From contig OZ024743.1 of NCBI GenBank assembly GCA_964016885.1, positions 233,368,001 through 233,432,000 of the forward strand: 64,000 nt of DNA. The letters run 5' to 3'. The translations under genes were made by a program, and so were the position numbers. The notes beneath the pieces are model-generated. The model was not told the DNA's origin, made no database searches, and saw nothing but the letters and a program-made list of their open reading frames with translations. This document shows positions 25,435 to 37,395 of this stretch, piece by piece. Position 1 is the first letter of the stretch; the number at the start of each line of letters is the position of its first letter. The stretch is from Eledone cirrhosa (taxonomy: Eukaryota).

Positions 25435-28017
25435 ATGCTTCAAGTGAACTATAACCTCCTCCTTTCATTACGCCTGAGCCAGGCCCAGTTCACAACTGTA
25501 AAGAAACTCTTCCAGCTATCTGAAAAGCGCGCCAAAGCCGGCTGCCAAATAAATTTCCTAAAACGATGCCTGAACAACAACATCATTCCCAAAACCATCA
25601 AAAATTTACACCTACCAACATGCTTCAATTCACCAGGCCTCAAACGATCTCTCAGTTACATACAAAAATTCTGCCTAAGAAAACTCATACAACACCTACA
25701 CCGCACGCTACAACATCACATACGGACTATCTCCAGCCTTGTACCACAACTCGCTGAAACCCCAGAACCTCTGTCCAAGGTCATCTCCGCCACTATAGAC
25801 AGGTCATACCACCACCGCCGAGACTACGAGAAAAAACGCCTAACACAAAAATTTCTCAAACTCAGGACGGCCAACTGTCTTAACAACATCCCAACGCCAA
25901 ACACCAACAGAGGCGAACAATACGTTACCAACACCGAAGCTAGCGGCACCCCGACCAACAACACACCTGACGCAAAACACCTCGTCACAGACTTGACAGG
26001 ATCCCTCTCCCGAGAGGAATTAGACCTCCTCAGCCTGGGTCCCAAATTCATATTGAAACAGAGACTGGACGACAGACTATGGCTCGACATAGAAACGAAT
26101 TTCTGTCGAGCTGCCTACCAACTGAAATGGATATCGACTCTCGACAACAACACCACGGAATCCACCACACCCAGATTCCCGATATACCAACTAGATCGCC
26201 CACTCTATCCACCGCCCGCCAACCGCGAGCTGGAAGATAAACTCTCGAGACTAAAACATTCCGTATTTAACATCTTACGGAAACAGAAGAAGACGGCCCC
26301 TAACCTCTCCAGGACACAACAACTCGCCCTGAAGAACCTACGGAATAAGGAACTTATTTACTTACCATCCGACAAAGGTAAAGAGTTCTGCGTCATCTCT
26401 CAAGCCACATACAATAACCTAGCCTTCGAACACCTAAGCGACAGTGAACTGTACACAGTGATCCCGGACATGACCGCAGCCCAAATCGAAAAACAGACCA
26501 ACTCCATTTGGTTCGATATCTGTAGGAGAAGACAACTCCCGAATAAAATTAAACTCAACTACACCACTAGAAATAGCAGACTGCCCACTTTCTACCACCT
26601 CATCAAGACCCACAAGAATAGCACTAAGACGCATATAAGACCCATCGTCTCTAGCATAGAAGGACCCCTATACAAAATTTCCTGGCTTCTCTCCCAGGTC
26701 CTCAAGCCTCTACTCTCCACCTTCCCCGGACATGTCAGTAGCTCCGACGAAGTTATACGTAGATTACACCAACTCCAGCCAGAACAACTTAAACTTAATA
26801 AATACGCTTTTAGCCTCGACGTTGTCTCCCTCTACACTACAGTCCCCGCTCACCCAGCTGTCGATTTATTGACGGACTGCGTGGTCGCAGAGAACATCCA
26901 CTGCTACGGCCTCCACCCGACGGACATACACCAACTTTTGTCCTTCACGGTAGACAACACGTACTTCACCTTCCACCACCACACATACAGACAGACAACA
27001 GGATTACCCATGGGATCCAGCCTCTCTGGCCTGCTGGCCATCACTTACATGAACCAGCTAGAATGCCGAGCCCTCAACACCTGCCATTCCCATGCCTTCT
27101 TCACCCGATATGTAGATGACATACTCATCCTTACATCATCCCGTGAAGAGGCAGAGAAAATATACACAACATTCTCCAGCATGGACGCCAGTATAAAGTT
27201 CAGCATTGAACACCCCGATGACCGCGGATCCCTATCCCTGCTGGACTTCCAACTCAGGGTAACAGAGGAAGGCAACATCCACACCTGCTTCTATAAAAAA
27301 TCCGCCAGCAGGGACCTGTTCGTACATTTCAGATCGGCCCTCCCACTCGGTGCCAAGTTCGGATACATAAAGAACGAACTGGCACGTATCAAGAACAAAT
27401 GCACCGACGCCAGAGACCGAGACACACACACCACACATTTCCTGGAAGTACTCAAACTGAACGGATACACGACATCCACCACAAACCGTGCCAGAAAGAA
27501 CAGAGGACACCACACCCGAGGCACTAACACTTGCTTCCTGAAGCTCCCACACTTCAGTGAAGAAACAACAACAGCCATCCGCAGAGCCATCAGACGAGAA
27601 GGTCTGGATATTCAACTGGCCCATTCGGGTCCTTCTTTGCGTGGACGGCTAGCTAAGAGACACTCCACCAGACATGACAACTGCTGCAGACTAGCCAACT
27701 GCCCCATCAACGACACAGACCTATGCCACCAGGCTTACGTAGTTTACAGACTAGAGTGTGACAAATGCAACAACTTCTACGTAGGTAGCACCACCAGACC
27801 ACTCCACATAAGAATAAAAGAACACCTCAATACTAACGCTTCCTCATTTAAGAAACACCTAGTTAAATGCAAAAACACTGATAAAAACATAACAGTTAGG
27901 ATAGAAACTAAAGAAAGAAACCTCGGTAATCTTAGAATCAAGGAAGCACTCATTATAGATAGAACACATCCACCAATCAATAATAGACTAGAGCTCAACA
28001 CCCAATTTATAACCTGA
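25435..28017 (+). CDS. PLE polyprotein, RT + GIY-YIG endonuclease, 860 aa, intact
   Basis: Same protein as the minus copy except three residues (PTF/PTC, TEP/TEA, KKM/KKT). Confidence 0.95.
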   Translation: MLQVNYNLLLSLRLSQAQFTTVKKLFQLSEKRAKAGCQINFLKRCLNNNIIPKTIKNLHLPTCFNSPGLKRSLSYIQKFCLRKLIQHLHRTLQHHIRTISSLVPQLAETPEPLSKVISATIDRSYHHRRDYEKKRLTQKFLKLRTANCLNNIPTPNTNRGEQYVTNTEASGTPTNNTPDAKHLVTDLTGSLSREELDLLSLGPKFILKQRLDDRLWLDIETNFCRAAYQLKWISTLDNNTTESTTPRFPIYQLDRPLYPPPANRELEDKLSRLKHSVFNILRKQKKTAPNLSRTQQLALKNLRNKELIYLPSDKGKEFCVISQATYNNLAFEHLSDSELYTVIPDMTAAQIEKQTNSIWFDICRRRQLPNKIKLNYTTRNSRLPTFYHLIKTHKNSTKTHIRPIVSSIEGPLYKISWLLSQVLKPLLSTFPGHVSSSDEVIRRLHQLQPEQLKLNKYAFSLDVVSLYTTVPAHPAVDLLTDCVVAENIHCYGLHPTDIHQLLSFTVDNTYFTFHHHTYRQTTGLPMGSSLSGLLAITYMNQLECRALNTCHSHAFFTRYVDDILILTSSREEAEKIYTTFSSMDASIKFSIEHPDDRGSLSLLDFQLRVTEEGNIHTCFYKKSASRDLFVHFRSALPLGAKFGYIKNELARIKNKCTDARDRDTHTTHFLEVLKLNGYTTSTTNRARKNRGHHTRGTNTCFLKLPHFSEETTTAIRRAIRREGLDIQLAHSGPSLRGRLAKRHSTRHDNCCRLANCPINDTDLCHQAYVVYRLECDKCNNFYVGSTTRPLHIRIKEHLNTNASSFKKHLVKCKNTDKNITVRIETKERNLGNLRIKEALIIDRTHPPINNRLELNTQFIT

Positions 28018-28545
28018 TAGGGCCTCTAGCCCCACTTTACACACCCCACACACACGCACGCACACACCCCCACTTATTCTCTCTCACACATACACACACA
28101 AAACCAGTTCTAACACCAGATAACACCTACCCCCCACTTTTACGATTAGACCTATCTTCCCACACTCACACACACACACATACCTACACCTTCATGCTTT
28201 CTCCCACACACATATACAGGCACGCATATAAAATTTACATAACACAACAAAAACATAAACAAACCCCTCTTAAAGGGAGACTACTCTTTACCCACCTAAT
28301 TTTAATTCTTTGATATTAAAGTTAGAACTCTATACTATTTCCGGTCAGCATGGCTTCATTGGAAATTTAGACGCTGGTCTGAGACTTTTACTTCCCTCCG
28401 AAGAAGAGATATTATCTCGAAAATTAAGGACATTTAAATAAATTCAAGGTGAAAGACTAATTCTCACCAATATCTCTCACTATTGCATTCTTTTTCTATG
28501 TCCATATCTGCATTGTCTTGGCCTTATTACACATATTCTAACGTT

Positions 28546-28578
<33 letters not shown>

Positions 28579-28719
28579 TTCAATCTAATGTCAATTTAGT
28601 CAGAGAGAGGTAATATTTCGAGAGAACGTAACAATATATTTGTAGAAAGGAAGAAAAGTGTTTTAATGTTGGGTTTTACAAAATAATGGTTGTGTATATG
28701 AGTCTGTGTTTATAAATAC

Positions 28720-28756
<37 letters not shown>

Positions 28757-28757
<1 letters not shown>

Positions 28758-28875
28758 TGAAAATATCGAATAATGTACACCATTTTACCAGGGGAAAAAA
28801 ATACTGGCCCCCCCACACACATATATACACACACACGCACACATACACACGCGTACATTAACATACAAAGAGACT

Positions 28876-28916
<41 letters not shown>

Positions 28917-29027
28917 CTCCGTATAAGACAAAAGCTGAAAAATATCTTTTGACATGCTAAAATACCCCCCCCCCACTGCTTACAGACACATTCCTACTGA
29001 CCATCCCGCTACCACGAATTACTCTGC

Positions 29028-29068
<41 letters not shown>

Positions 29069-29150
29069 ATCTTAATAGCCATTTGAACTGTCAACAGTCT
29101 GCGGTTCACACACACATCCCTGCTAACCATTATCACAACATCGAACACGT

Positions 29151-29244
<94 letters not shown>

Positions 29245-29606
29245 TTGTTGTGAAAGAGTCATTTCTCAGTCTTGGCACAAAATCAATTTTTTACATTCAC
29301 ATGACCTTTACCGACCAATCAAAATTGTTTTGACCACAAGAATTTTTGCAACACCAAGTAGTGGGAGCCACTTTTTAAACATAAAAACAGGTAGAATTCC
29401 CAAAACTAATCAGATCAGAGAAAACAACACGGACGCTCTATCTCAAAATTATTTTTGAAAAGCATTTAGAAATGCGCAACCGGTAAAAACTTGAAAACTT
29501 AAAACCACATCTGAATACTAACCCATACAATCACTAATACTCTTTTATTCCTAATTAAACTATTTTTAAACTGTGAACAATTTGTCAGCATTTTCTATTC
29601 CATTTA

Positions 29607-29608
<2 letters not shown>
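28757..29608 (+). mobile_element. Neptune-like PLE 3' UTR/pLTR fragment
   Basis: Diverged copy of 2470-3400, flanked by (TA)n on both sides. Confidence 0.88.
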
Positions 29609-29674
<66 letters not shown>

Positions 29675-29675
<1 letters not shown>

Positions 29676-30186
29676 GAAAACGGAGAAAAAGACGATTATT
29701 AGGAAGAAAAATATTTTTTTTCCCCTTTTTATTTCTTTCTCTCTTTTTTTCTGGGTTAGAAAATGATTAAAACAAAATATTTTACTTTGTGTGAAGTGTT
29801 AAGGTATTAGTTGATTTATTAATTAATTTACAATGGCATTTATTTATTTATTTATATATTTAATAATTGTCTATTACCGGTTTCAGCATTTTTATGCATT
29901 ATCAAATGATAATAATATGTATTGGTATAGAATGGTGGTGTTGGACATGTTAAAGAAATGGTGCAGAAAGAATAATGTTATTTACAAACAAGGTTTATGA
30001 AGTGTAAAGAAAAAAGAAAAAAAAACGGGCGTAATGTAGAGCATAATAAGTCAATGTGAAAGAAAAAATAATGTTATTTACAGGCATAGTTCTTGAAGAT
30101 AAGCAGATCAAAATGTGTTAATATAGCAAGAGTGCTTAGTTGATCCATGATTCCATGATGGAGGCAAATGGTGGACTGAGGTTTGA
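29675..30186 (-). mobile_element. Second Neptune-like family 3' pLTR fragment
   Basis: Near-identical to 37396-37847. Confidence 0.88.
29873..29907 (-). ncRNA. Minimal hammerhead-like motif, U3-A8 core
   Basis: at-TTGATAA-tgcat/aaaa/atgct-GAAA-CCGG-TA-at; second copy at 37542-37576. Confidence 0.6.
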
Positions 30187-30298
30187 AGAGAAAAACCGAC
30201 TAAAAGAATCAATTTTGAGACACACAGAGGGAGAGCCAGAAAGAGAGAGATATGCCGTTATACAGAGAGAGATACAATTAAAGTGTTAGATATTCAGA

Positions 30299-30425
<127 letters not shown>

Positions 30426-30552
30426 ACGTCCAACACCGGGACATTTATGTTTGCACCAATGAAATCGTGTGTACACACGGATACGTATATTGACCTTCAT
30501 ACATAAATATCTACCAAAACAGGTGATGTCAACATTCCAATAAAAGTGTCTC

Positions 30553-33500
30553 GTGTTTCATTTCGTGACGATTATGTGGCCTTTTTGGAGTTGTTGTCCG
30601 GAGAGAAAGTTGTTTGCCCTCTGTCCTTTTAACCTCGTCCACCATATTACCTCTTTCGCCATACCCACCAGACAGAGGCAAACCGCCTCTCCTTCATTCT
30701 TAAATGAAGGCCGCGGAGTGATCCTCACGATGGACTCGGCTGACAACTGGATGTGTCCCACACGTGACCGTAGCTGTTCGACATAATTCTACAGGTCGGA
30801 CACCCCTGGGCACTGAACAATTGCGTGCAGGACGCTTTCAATGCCCTGTTCACATCTTGGACAGTTCTTTTGGCAGGATATCTGCCAGGGCGTCCGTGCC
30901 TGTAGATTTTGTCTCGAACTGGTAGAGCTCCTCAGCAGCACTGCCAAGCCAGAGACTTCTGGAAGTTATCCATAGACCCTGGACGGAAAGTCCTCCCGAA
31001 CAGACTGGTCAGTTCGTCCTCTTCGATGCCTAGAGTTTCCCCGAGAACGTCGTCGCACTTATCCTCCACTAATCTTCTATAGAATGTCAAAGTGGAGTCT
31101 CCGCTGATTGCCGTTTCCGTTTGGTAGAGGGCTGTGAGCACCTGAAAGCACTCGAGGTGCCAGGCACACTCTTTCGGACTTCGCTTGACCCAGGACTGCA
31201 GCTCTGTTAGCGAGACGAGTTGTGGAAGAGCTCGTCTCACAAACGACAGCCACAGCGGTTCGCTGGTCAGGAATAGCTGGAGATGGCGTAGCCTCAGCGC
31301 ATGTTTGCGCATCATCAGCCACGGCATGCCCAGCCCTCCGTTAGAAGGGTGTTGGCAACAGATAGATCTCCTCACTAATGGAGCCTGTTTCTTCCAGGGG
31401 AACTTGAAGAGTAGGCGTTCCATTTTGGTGAGGTGTTCGCGGGGACAAAGCACGACTGTCAAGCGGTAGTAGATGACGGACGCTATGTAAGTGTTCGCCA
31501 CCTCCGCTCGACTTTTCAAGGAGAATTTGCTCTCAGCCCATTTCTGGGTGAGCGCAAACACCTTCGTCGTGACTTCGTTCCAGTTCTTGTCCACCTGGAG
31601 GTCTGGACCAAACCAGACCCCGAGCAATTTCACCGGTCCTTCCGTCCAGCGTTGAACGACGCTGTCGGAAGGCATGGGTTTGCCTCTCCATGTGCCGAGT
31701 TGCAAATCGACACACTTGTTTGGGTTTACTCTTGCGCCTGGCAACGTTTCGTATTCCTGTAATAGGTTGCCGATTACCCCGATTTCCGAGGTTTTTGACA
31801 CCATTATGGTTACGACGTCGGCATAAGCCGACGCTGCTTTCCGCATTCCTGGTTCGATCGGGATGCCCTGCAACAGCTCCATCTTCCGCAGTAATGGCAC
31901 GAGAGTCAGTACATACATAATGGAAGAGAGAGACCATCCCTGACGGATGGAACGCATTATTTGGAATGGCTCCGATAGGTAGCCATTCACCTTGACTGCC
32001 GAACAGATGCTGGTGGGCATGGTAGCGATCTAGCCTCTGAAGACGGGACCGAAACCGGCCGCCTTGAGAACCACTTCTAAGTATTGATGGTCGACCCTAT
32101 CAAATGCCTTAGACTGATCTAAATTGATCAGAGCTCCATCGAAGCCAGGTTTACACCCTACCCTCTCTATGATGTATCGCATGATGTGGAAGTTTTCGTG
32201 TATGGACCTGGTCGGGATTGCACACGTTTGCGCTTCCCCTACTAGTTTCTCGACGACAAGCGCCAGCCTCGTTGCGAACACCTTGGCCAAAATCTTTAAC
32301 TCTGTGTTGAGCAGAGTTATGGGCCTGAAATTGCTTATCTCATCCCCCTTGTTCTCATCTTTCCTTATCAGCGTTACTACGCCTCTGCTTACATAACTGG
32401 GAATGCTCCCGTTCTGCTGCCAGTTGCAGAAGACCGCTTCGAGGACGCCAGAGAACAAGACTAGCCTGTCTATGAAAAACTCATAGGGTAGACCATCTAA
32501 ACCGGGTGATTTGCGTTTCCCACAGCGGCCTAGGGCATCTTCTTTTTCGCCAGCTGTGGTCGGTCTTTCGTAGCTTTCTGCATCCGTGCTCGAGAGTCGC
32601 GGTAGGCTGTCGAGGTAGGAACTGAACTTCATCACCTCGCTCGACGTACCGTTTTTCCCGAACAGTTGTTCAAAGTGCTGCTGGAAGGCCGTGCACATCT
32701 GCTTGTATTCAATTAGAATGCGTCCATCTTTGTTTTGCAAAGACCGAATTGTTGATTTGTTGCCACTTTTCGCCTCTGCCAATCGGGCACAGCTAACAGC
32801 TTGGGTTCCCTCGTTTCTTAGAGCACGTGTTCTACTTCTGACAATACAACCTTCATGTTTCACGTTGAAGAACTGGTCTAGTACTGTTCTCGCCGCTAGC
32901 ACGTCAGCTGTACTGCCATTCCTAAGTGCCTCTTCTACTTTAGCTACCAGTTCCTTTTCAGTTTTTGTTCTTTTCTAAAGCTAACTTCCTTGCTAAATGC
33001 TATCGATTCTACTCTAATTGCTCTCTTGAGAGAGCTCCGCCATCTGTTGTTGACGATAGCCCCCGTCAACTGGTGCTTAACTAAAGTGTTAATCCGTTTA
33101 CTGTAGGCCTTACGCGCCGGGAGCGACATGTTTAGCTTCCAGTATCCGGGTCCCTGTCTATGTGTTCTATCACGGTTGACTATGCAGGTAACTAATTTGT
33201 GGTCTGAATAGGCAACCATGTGCATTTGTGGATCGCTTAATATATCCTTATCATTCTGTCTAATTAGAAATCTATCTAAATACGATCTAGACGACCCAGT
33301 GCGGCTGCTCCACGTCCAGTTGGAAAATTGGCTGATGAGACTTTTGAGGCTATTACACTCCCCTCTATTATCACAAGCCCCTACATAGTCCTAACGTGCG
33401 TCTAAGATGCCATTCCAGTCCCCCGCTAACACTAAAGAGCGAGGCGTTCCCAGGAATGGCTTCAGATGCTTGAAGAACTCTGGTCGCCATGACCCAGTCG

Positions 33501-34810
33501 GGGCATATACGGCCACTAGTCTGAAAGCTCCACCTTCACTACCATTCACGTCTAGGACCAGCAAGCTGACAGAGAGATGCGTAGATCTCAAAATAATCGA
33601 ACATGGGGGTTAGCTGCTGCTTGTCATGAATCCTGGACTCGGTGATGGCTATCACATCTATACAGTGTGACCTGAGATCATTTAAAAACTGGCCCCGTTT
33701 CCAGGACATCCCCAGGCCACGCACATTCAAACATCCAACTTGTATAGTCGCCATGTTGGTGAAGAAGAGTTAGGGAGAGAAAAGGCAGGAACCTTTTAGT
33801 TTCCTGGAGGTCGGGTTGTACGATCTCCATGTCCAGATTGGGGGTGTTTGGGGAGGGAGGGAATCCTTTTAGTAGGACCAGGTTAAGGGGTTTTTGATAG
33901 GGGGAGGGGGGCACATGTTGTGGGAAGTTCCCTTTTATTGTTTCATATTGTAGTGTTGTTACCCTGATTAGTTTAAGGTTTGGGGTGGGTCGATGGTGGA
34001 GAAGGTTTTTCCCTTCCGTTTGGATGGTGGGGTCCTTTTGAACAGTTTCCACCAGTTCTTCGTTTTGTTGTTCTTATGTATGTGTAATGTGTTATTTTTT
34101 TTATGTGTTATGTTTCGGTTTGTAGTTTTCTTTTTGTGGTTAGGGTTTGTGATTGGGGTGATGTGGGTGTTTGTTTTGTTGGTGAAGTTTCTGGTTGTGT
34201 TGTTGGTGTGGTTGTCGTTTGTGCCGGTATGTTTATGTGGGTGTTGGGTGTGTGTGTGTTTTCTGTGGATATTTTTGTTGTGTATTTTTTCTGTCTCTTT
34301 TTTTGTTTCTTGGATTTTTGGGGTTCCTCTTCACCCCCACTTGGAGATGTAGAGGTTCCCGTGTCTGAGACTTCTGAATCAGGGGTAGATGGGAGGGGTA
34401 TGTTGTGTGGTGGAGTGTTTGTGCAGGTGTTTGTGGAAGTATTTGACAGAGAAGGAGGAGGCAAGGGAGGATTTTCAGTGGGATTTTGTGTGTGTTGTTG
34501 TCTCTGGTCTGTTGTAGTGTGGCAGTGGATGTTGCAAGTTTTTGTGTTGTGTTTGGTTTCGGGTGTTGATGTTGGGGTTTTGGTGTTGGCAGTAGCACCT
34601 TGTTTGTCCTTGGTTTGTTTAAGAGAGGGCAAAAGGCCTTTAAGTGTGTAGTTTTCCTACACTTATGACACTGAGGTCTTTCCCCTCCATTAAAATGGAG
34701 ATGTCATCTTCTTCGAGGATGATTTTGTCCGGAATTTTTTCTCTCTGGCCTCATTTGTACTAGAACCTCGATGCAGGTTCCAAACCAGTTATTCCGGTCT
34801 GTCCGGTCTA
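30553..34810 (-). mobile_element. L1/Tx1-clade LINE, degenerate
   Basis: ORF1 relic ~33800-34800; ORF2 from 33754 MATIQVGCLNVRG (APE endonuclease), GPGYWKLN, KSPGLDGLP, FRPITLLN, LDQSKAFDRVDH, IRQG, YADVV, GGLGMP; many stops and frameshifts. Confidence 0.92.
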
Positions 34811-35600
34811 CAGATAAGAGGTTGTCACCACCCTTCTTTAGAGTGCTATGGGATATACAATGTACTAGAATCCAGAAATAGCCGTCGAAACGGCTTGAGC
34901 TCTGCCGTCGGGGTTAAACTTTTTCCTATATATATATATAATGAAAAATTAGAAATTAGAAGTTGTCTACTAGGCATCATAGATATTTCTACGCGTTAGA
35001 GACAAGATACCACCGCATAGAGCGATTCAATAACTAAAGTAAGTTACTGGGATAAAAAGAAGTGGGTGGAGAAAAAGAAAGGCACGTAAACAGATATGAT
35101 GGATGAAGCAACGTAATGAGAGGAAAAAAAGGGAAAAATCAAGTCAATAATTCATTTCGAACATAAGACGGGCGAATTTTGACGAGGAGAAAAAGACGTC
35201 TTGATCGTGCGAGTGTGAGCGAAAAAAAAGATCGCGTACAGTGTTGGACGATGGAGGAAGTGAGAGAAGGGTGAGTAGCAGATAGTGAGTGAGTGAAAGT
35301 GCGAGGAAGAGGCTAGCCGAGAGAGGGTGACTAGCAGAGGGGGCGAGTGAAGGTAAGAGGGAGAAGGAGAGAGAGAAGGGGAGAGAGAGAGGATAGCAGC
35401 AAGGGAAGAGAAAAGACAGGTCACAGCAAAGGGGAAGCTTATATGAATCAAAATGGCGAGCTGTGTTGTTGCAATTAAGTATAATGAAAAATTAGAAATT
35501 AGAAGTTAGGATTATCCATCATCAGTTGTCCACTAGTCATCATAGGCATTTCTTCACGTTAGAGAAAGATACCTCCGCCTCTATCTATCTATCTATCTAT

Positions 35601-37254
35601 CAACCATCGATACTTGGAAGCCGTTCTCAAGGCGGCCGGTTTCGGTCCCATTTTCAGAGGCTGGATCGAGGCGATGCACACCAGCATCTGTTCGACAGTC
35701 AAGGTGAACGGCTACCTATCGGAGCTGTTCGCAATCATGCGTTCCATTCGACAGGGGTTCCCTCTCTCCTCCATTCTGTATGTATTGAATCTAGAGCCAC
35801 TACTGCGGAAATTGGAGCTGTTGCAGGGCGTCCCCCTAGAACCGGGACTGAGCAAAGCGGCGTCGGCTTATGCCGACGACGTGACGGCAATGGTGTCAAA
35901 AACCTCGGACATCGGGGTGATCGGCAACTTACTGAAAGAATACGAAACGCTGACGGGAGCAAAAGTAAACCTGGACAAGTCTGTCGGTTTGCAACTCGGT
36001 ACGTGGAGAGGAAAACCAATGACGCCCGACAGCGTCGTTGGACGCTGGACGGACGGACCGGTGAAATTGCTCGGGGTCTGGTTCGGTCCAGATCTCCAGG
36101 TCACGGCCAAAGTGTTTGCACTCACCCAGAAGTGGGCAGAGTGCAAAGTGTCCTTGAAAGGTCGAGCGGAGGTGGCGAAAACTTTCATATCGTCCGTCAT
36201 CTACTACTGCATGACTGTCATCTACTACAGGCTTTCCCACAGCTTGTCTCGCTGACGGAGCTGCAGTCATGGGTCAAGAAAAGACCGAAAACGATGGGCG
36301 CCTGGCACATTGAATGCGCTCAGGCGCTCACAGTCCTCTGGCAAGCGAGCACAGAAATCAGTGGAGACTCCACTTCGACATTCTATAGAGGGATTGTACG
36401 TTACAAGGGCGATGACGTGCTCGGAGAGACTCTAGGCGTCGACGACGATGAGCTCACCAGTCTGTTTGGTAGGACTTTCCGCCCGGGACCTATGGACAAC
36501 TTCCAGAGGTCCCTGGCCTGGCAGTGCTACCGAGTAGCTCTACCGGTTCGTGACAAAATCTACAGGCACGGACGCCCCGGCAGGGATCCTTCCAAGAGGA
36601 CGTGTCCAAGATGCGCGTAGGACATTGAAACAGTCCTGCACGCAATTGTACACTTCCCGGGCGTAACCGACCTGTGGAACTATGCAGAACAACTGCTGTC
36701 GCGTATGGGACAAATCCAGTTGACTGCCGAGTCCATAGTAAGGATCAAACCGCCAGCCTCTTTCAAAAATGATAGAGAGGCGGTTTTCCTCTGTACGGTG
36801 GCTATGGTGAAAGAAGTTATATTGTGGACGAGATTGAGAGGACTGAGGACAGATGCCTTTCTCTCCGGACAACAATTGATTCCCTTCTTTAAGTATCACT
36901 TTAGAAGGAGAATCAGAGTGGAGAGAGAGGCACTTCACCCAGTAAATTTACTGAAAGGTGGGTGAATGAAGCGAAAATGGCCCGAGTGATTGGGCCTTCT
37001 CTGTTTATAAGCCTGTAGGTTGAAGAAGAGAGCAAAGGGAAGAAAGGAGCACTTGCACAACACGCTCCTGGAGTTGAGGGTTGTTCTATCGACGGGGTAT
37101 TAAACAACCCATTTGTGGCGCTTCCCCCTGATTGGGGATTTCGATTGTTGTAATTGTTTGCTTTTATATTTTTTACACGACTGTATGTAAAATCCCCGGC
37201 ATGTCTTTGTATTGTCCCCTTTTCTTGTGTGCCCTTGTGGCAAATAAAGAAATA
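35601..37254 (+). mobile_element. L1/Tx1-clade LINE 3' portion
   Basis: AAGFGP, IRQGFPLS, YADDV, CPRC zinc knuckle, 3' UTR with AATAAA; flanked by (CTAT)n. Confidence 0.9.
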
Positions 37255-37280
37255 TATCTATCTATACACACACACACACA

Positions 37281-37373
<93 letters not shown>

Positions 37374-37395
37374 TTATATATATATATATATATAT

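Larger units (their letters stand above)
20238..28549. mobile_element. Young PLE (Nematis-like) inserted as a head-to-head inverted dimer of partial tandems
   Basis: Minus block 20238-24237, plus block 24237-28549; unit length 3127 nt; inverted arms 20278-24237 and 24590-28549; both outer ends abut (TA)n. Confidence 0.95.
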
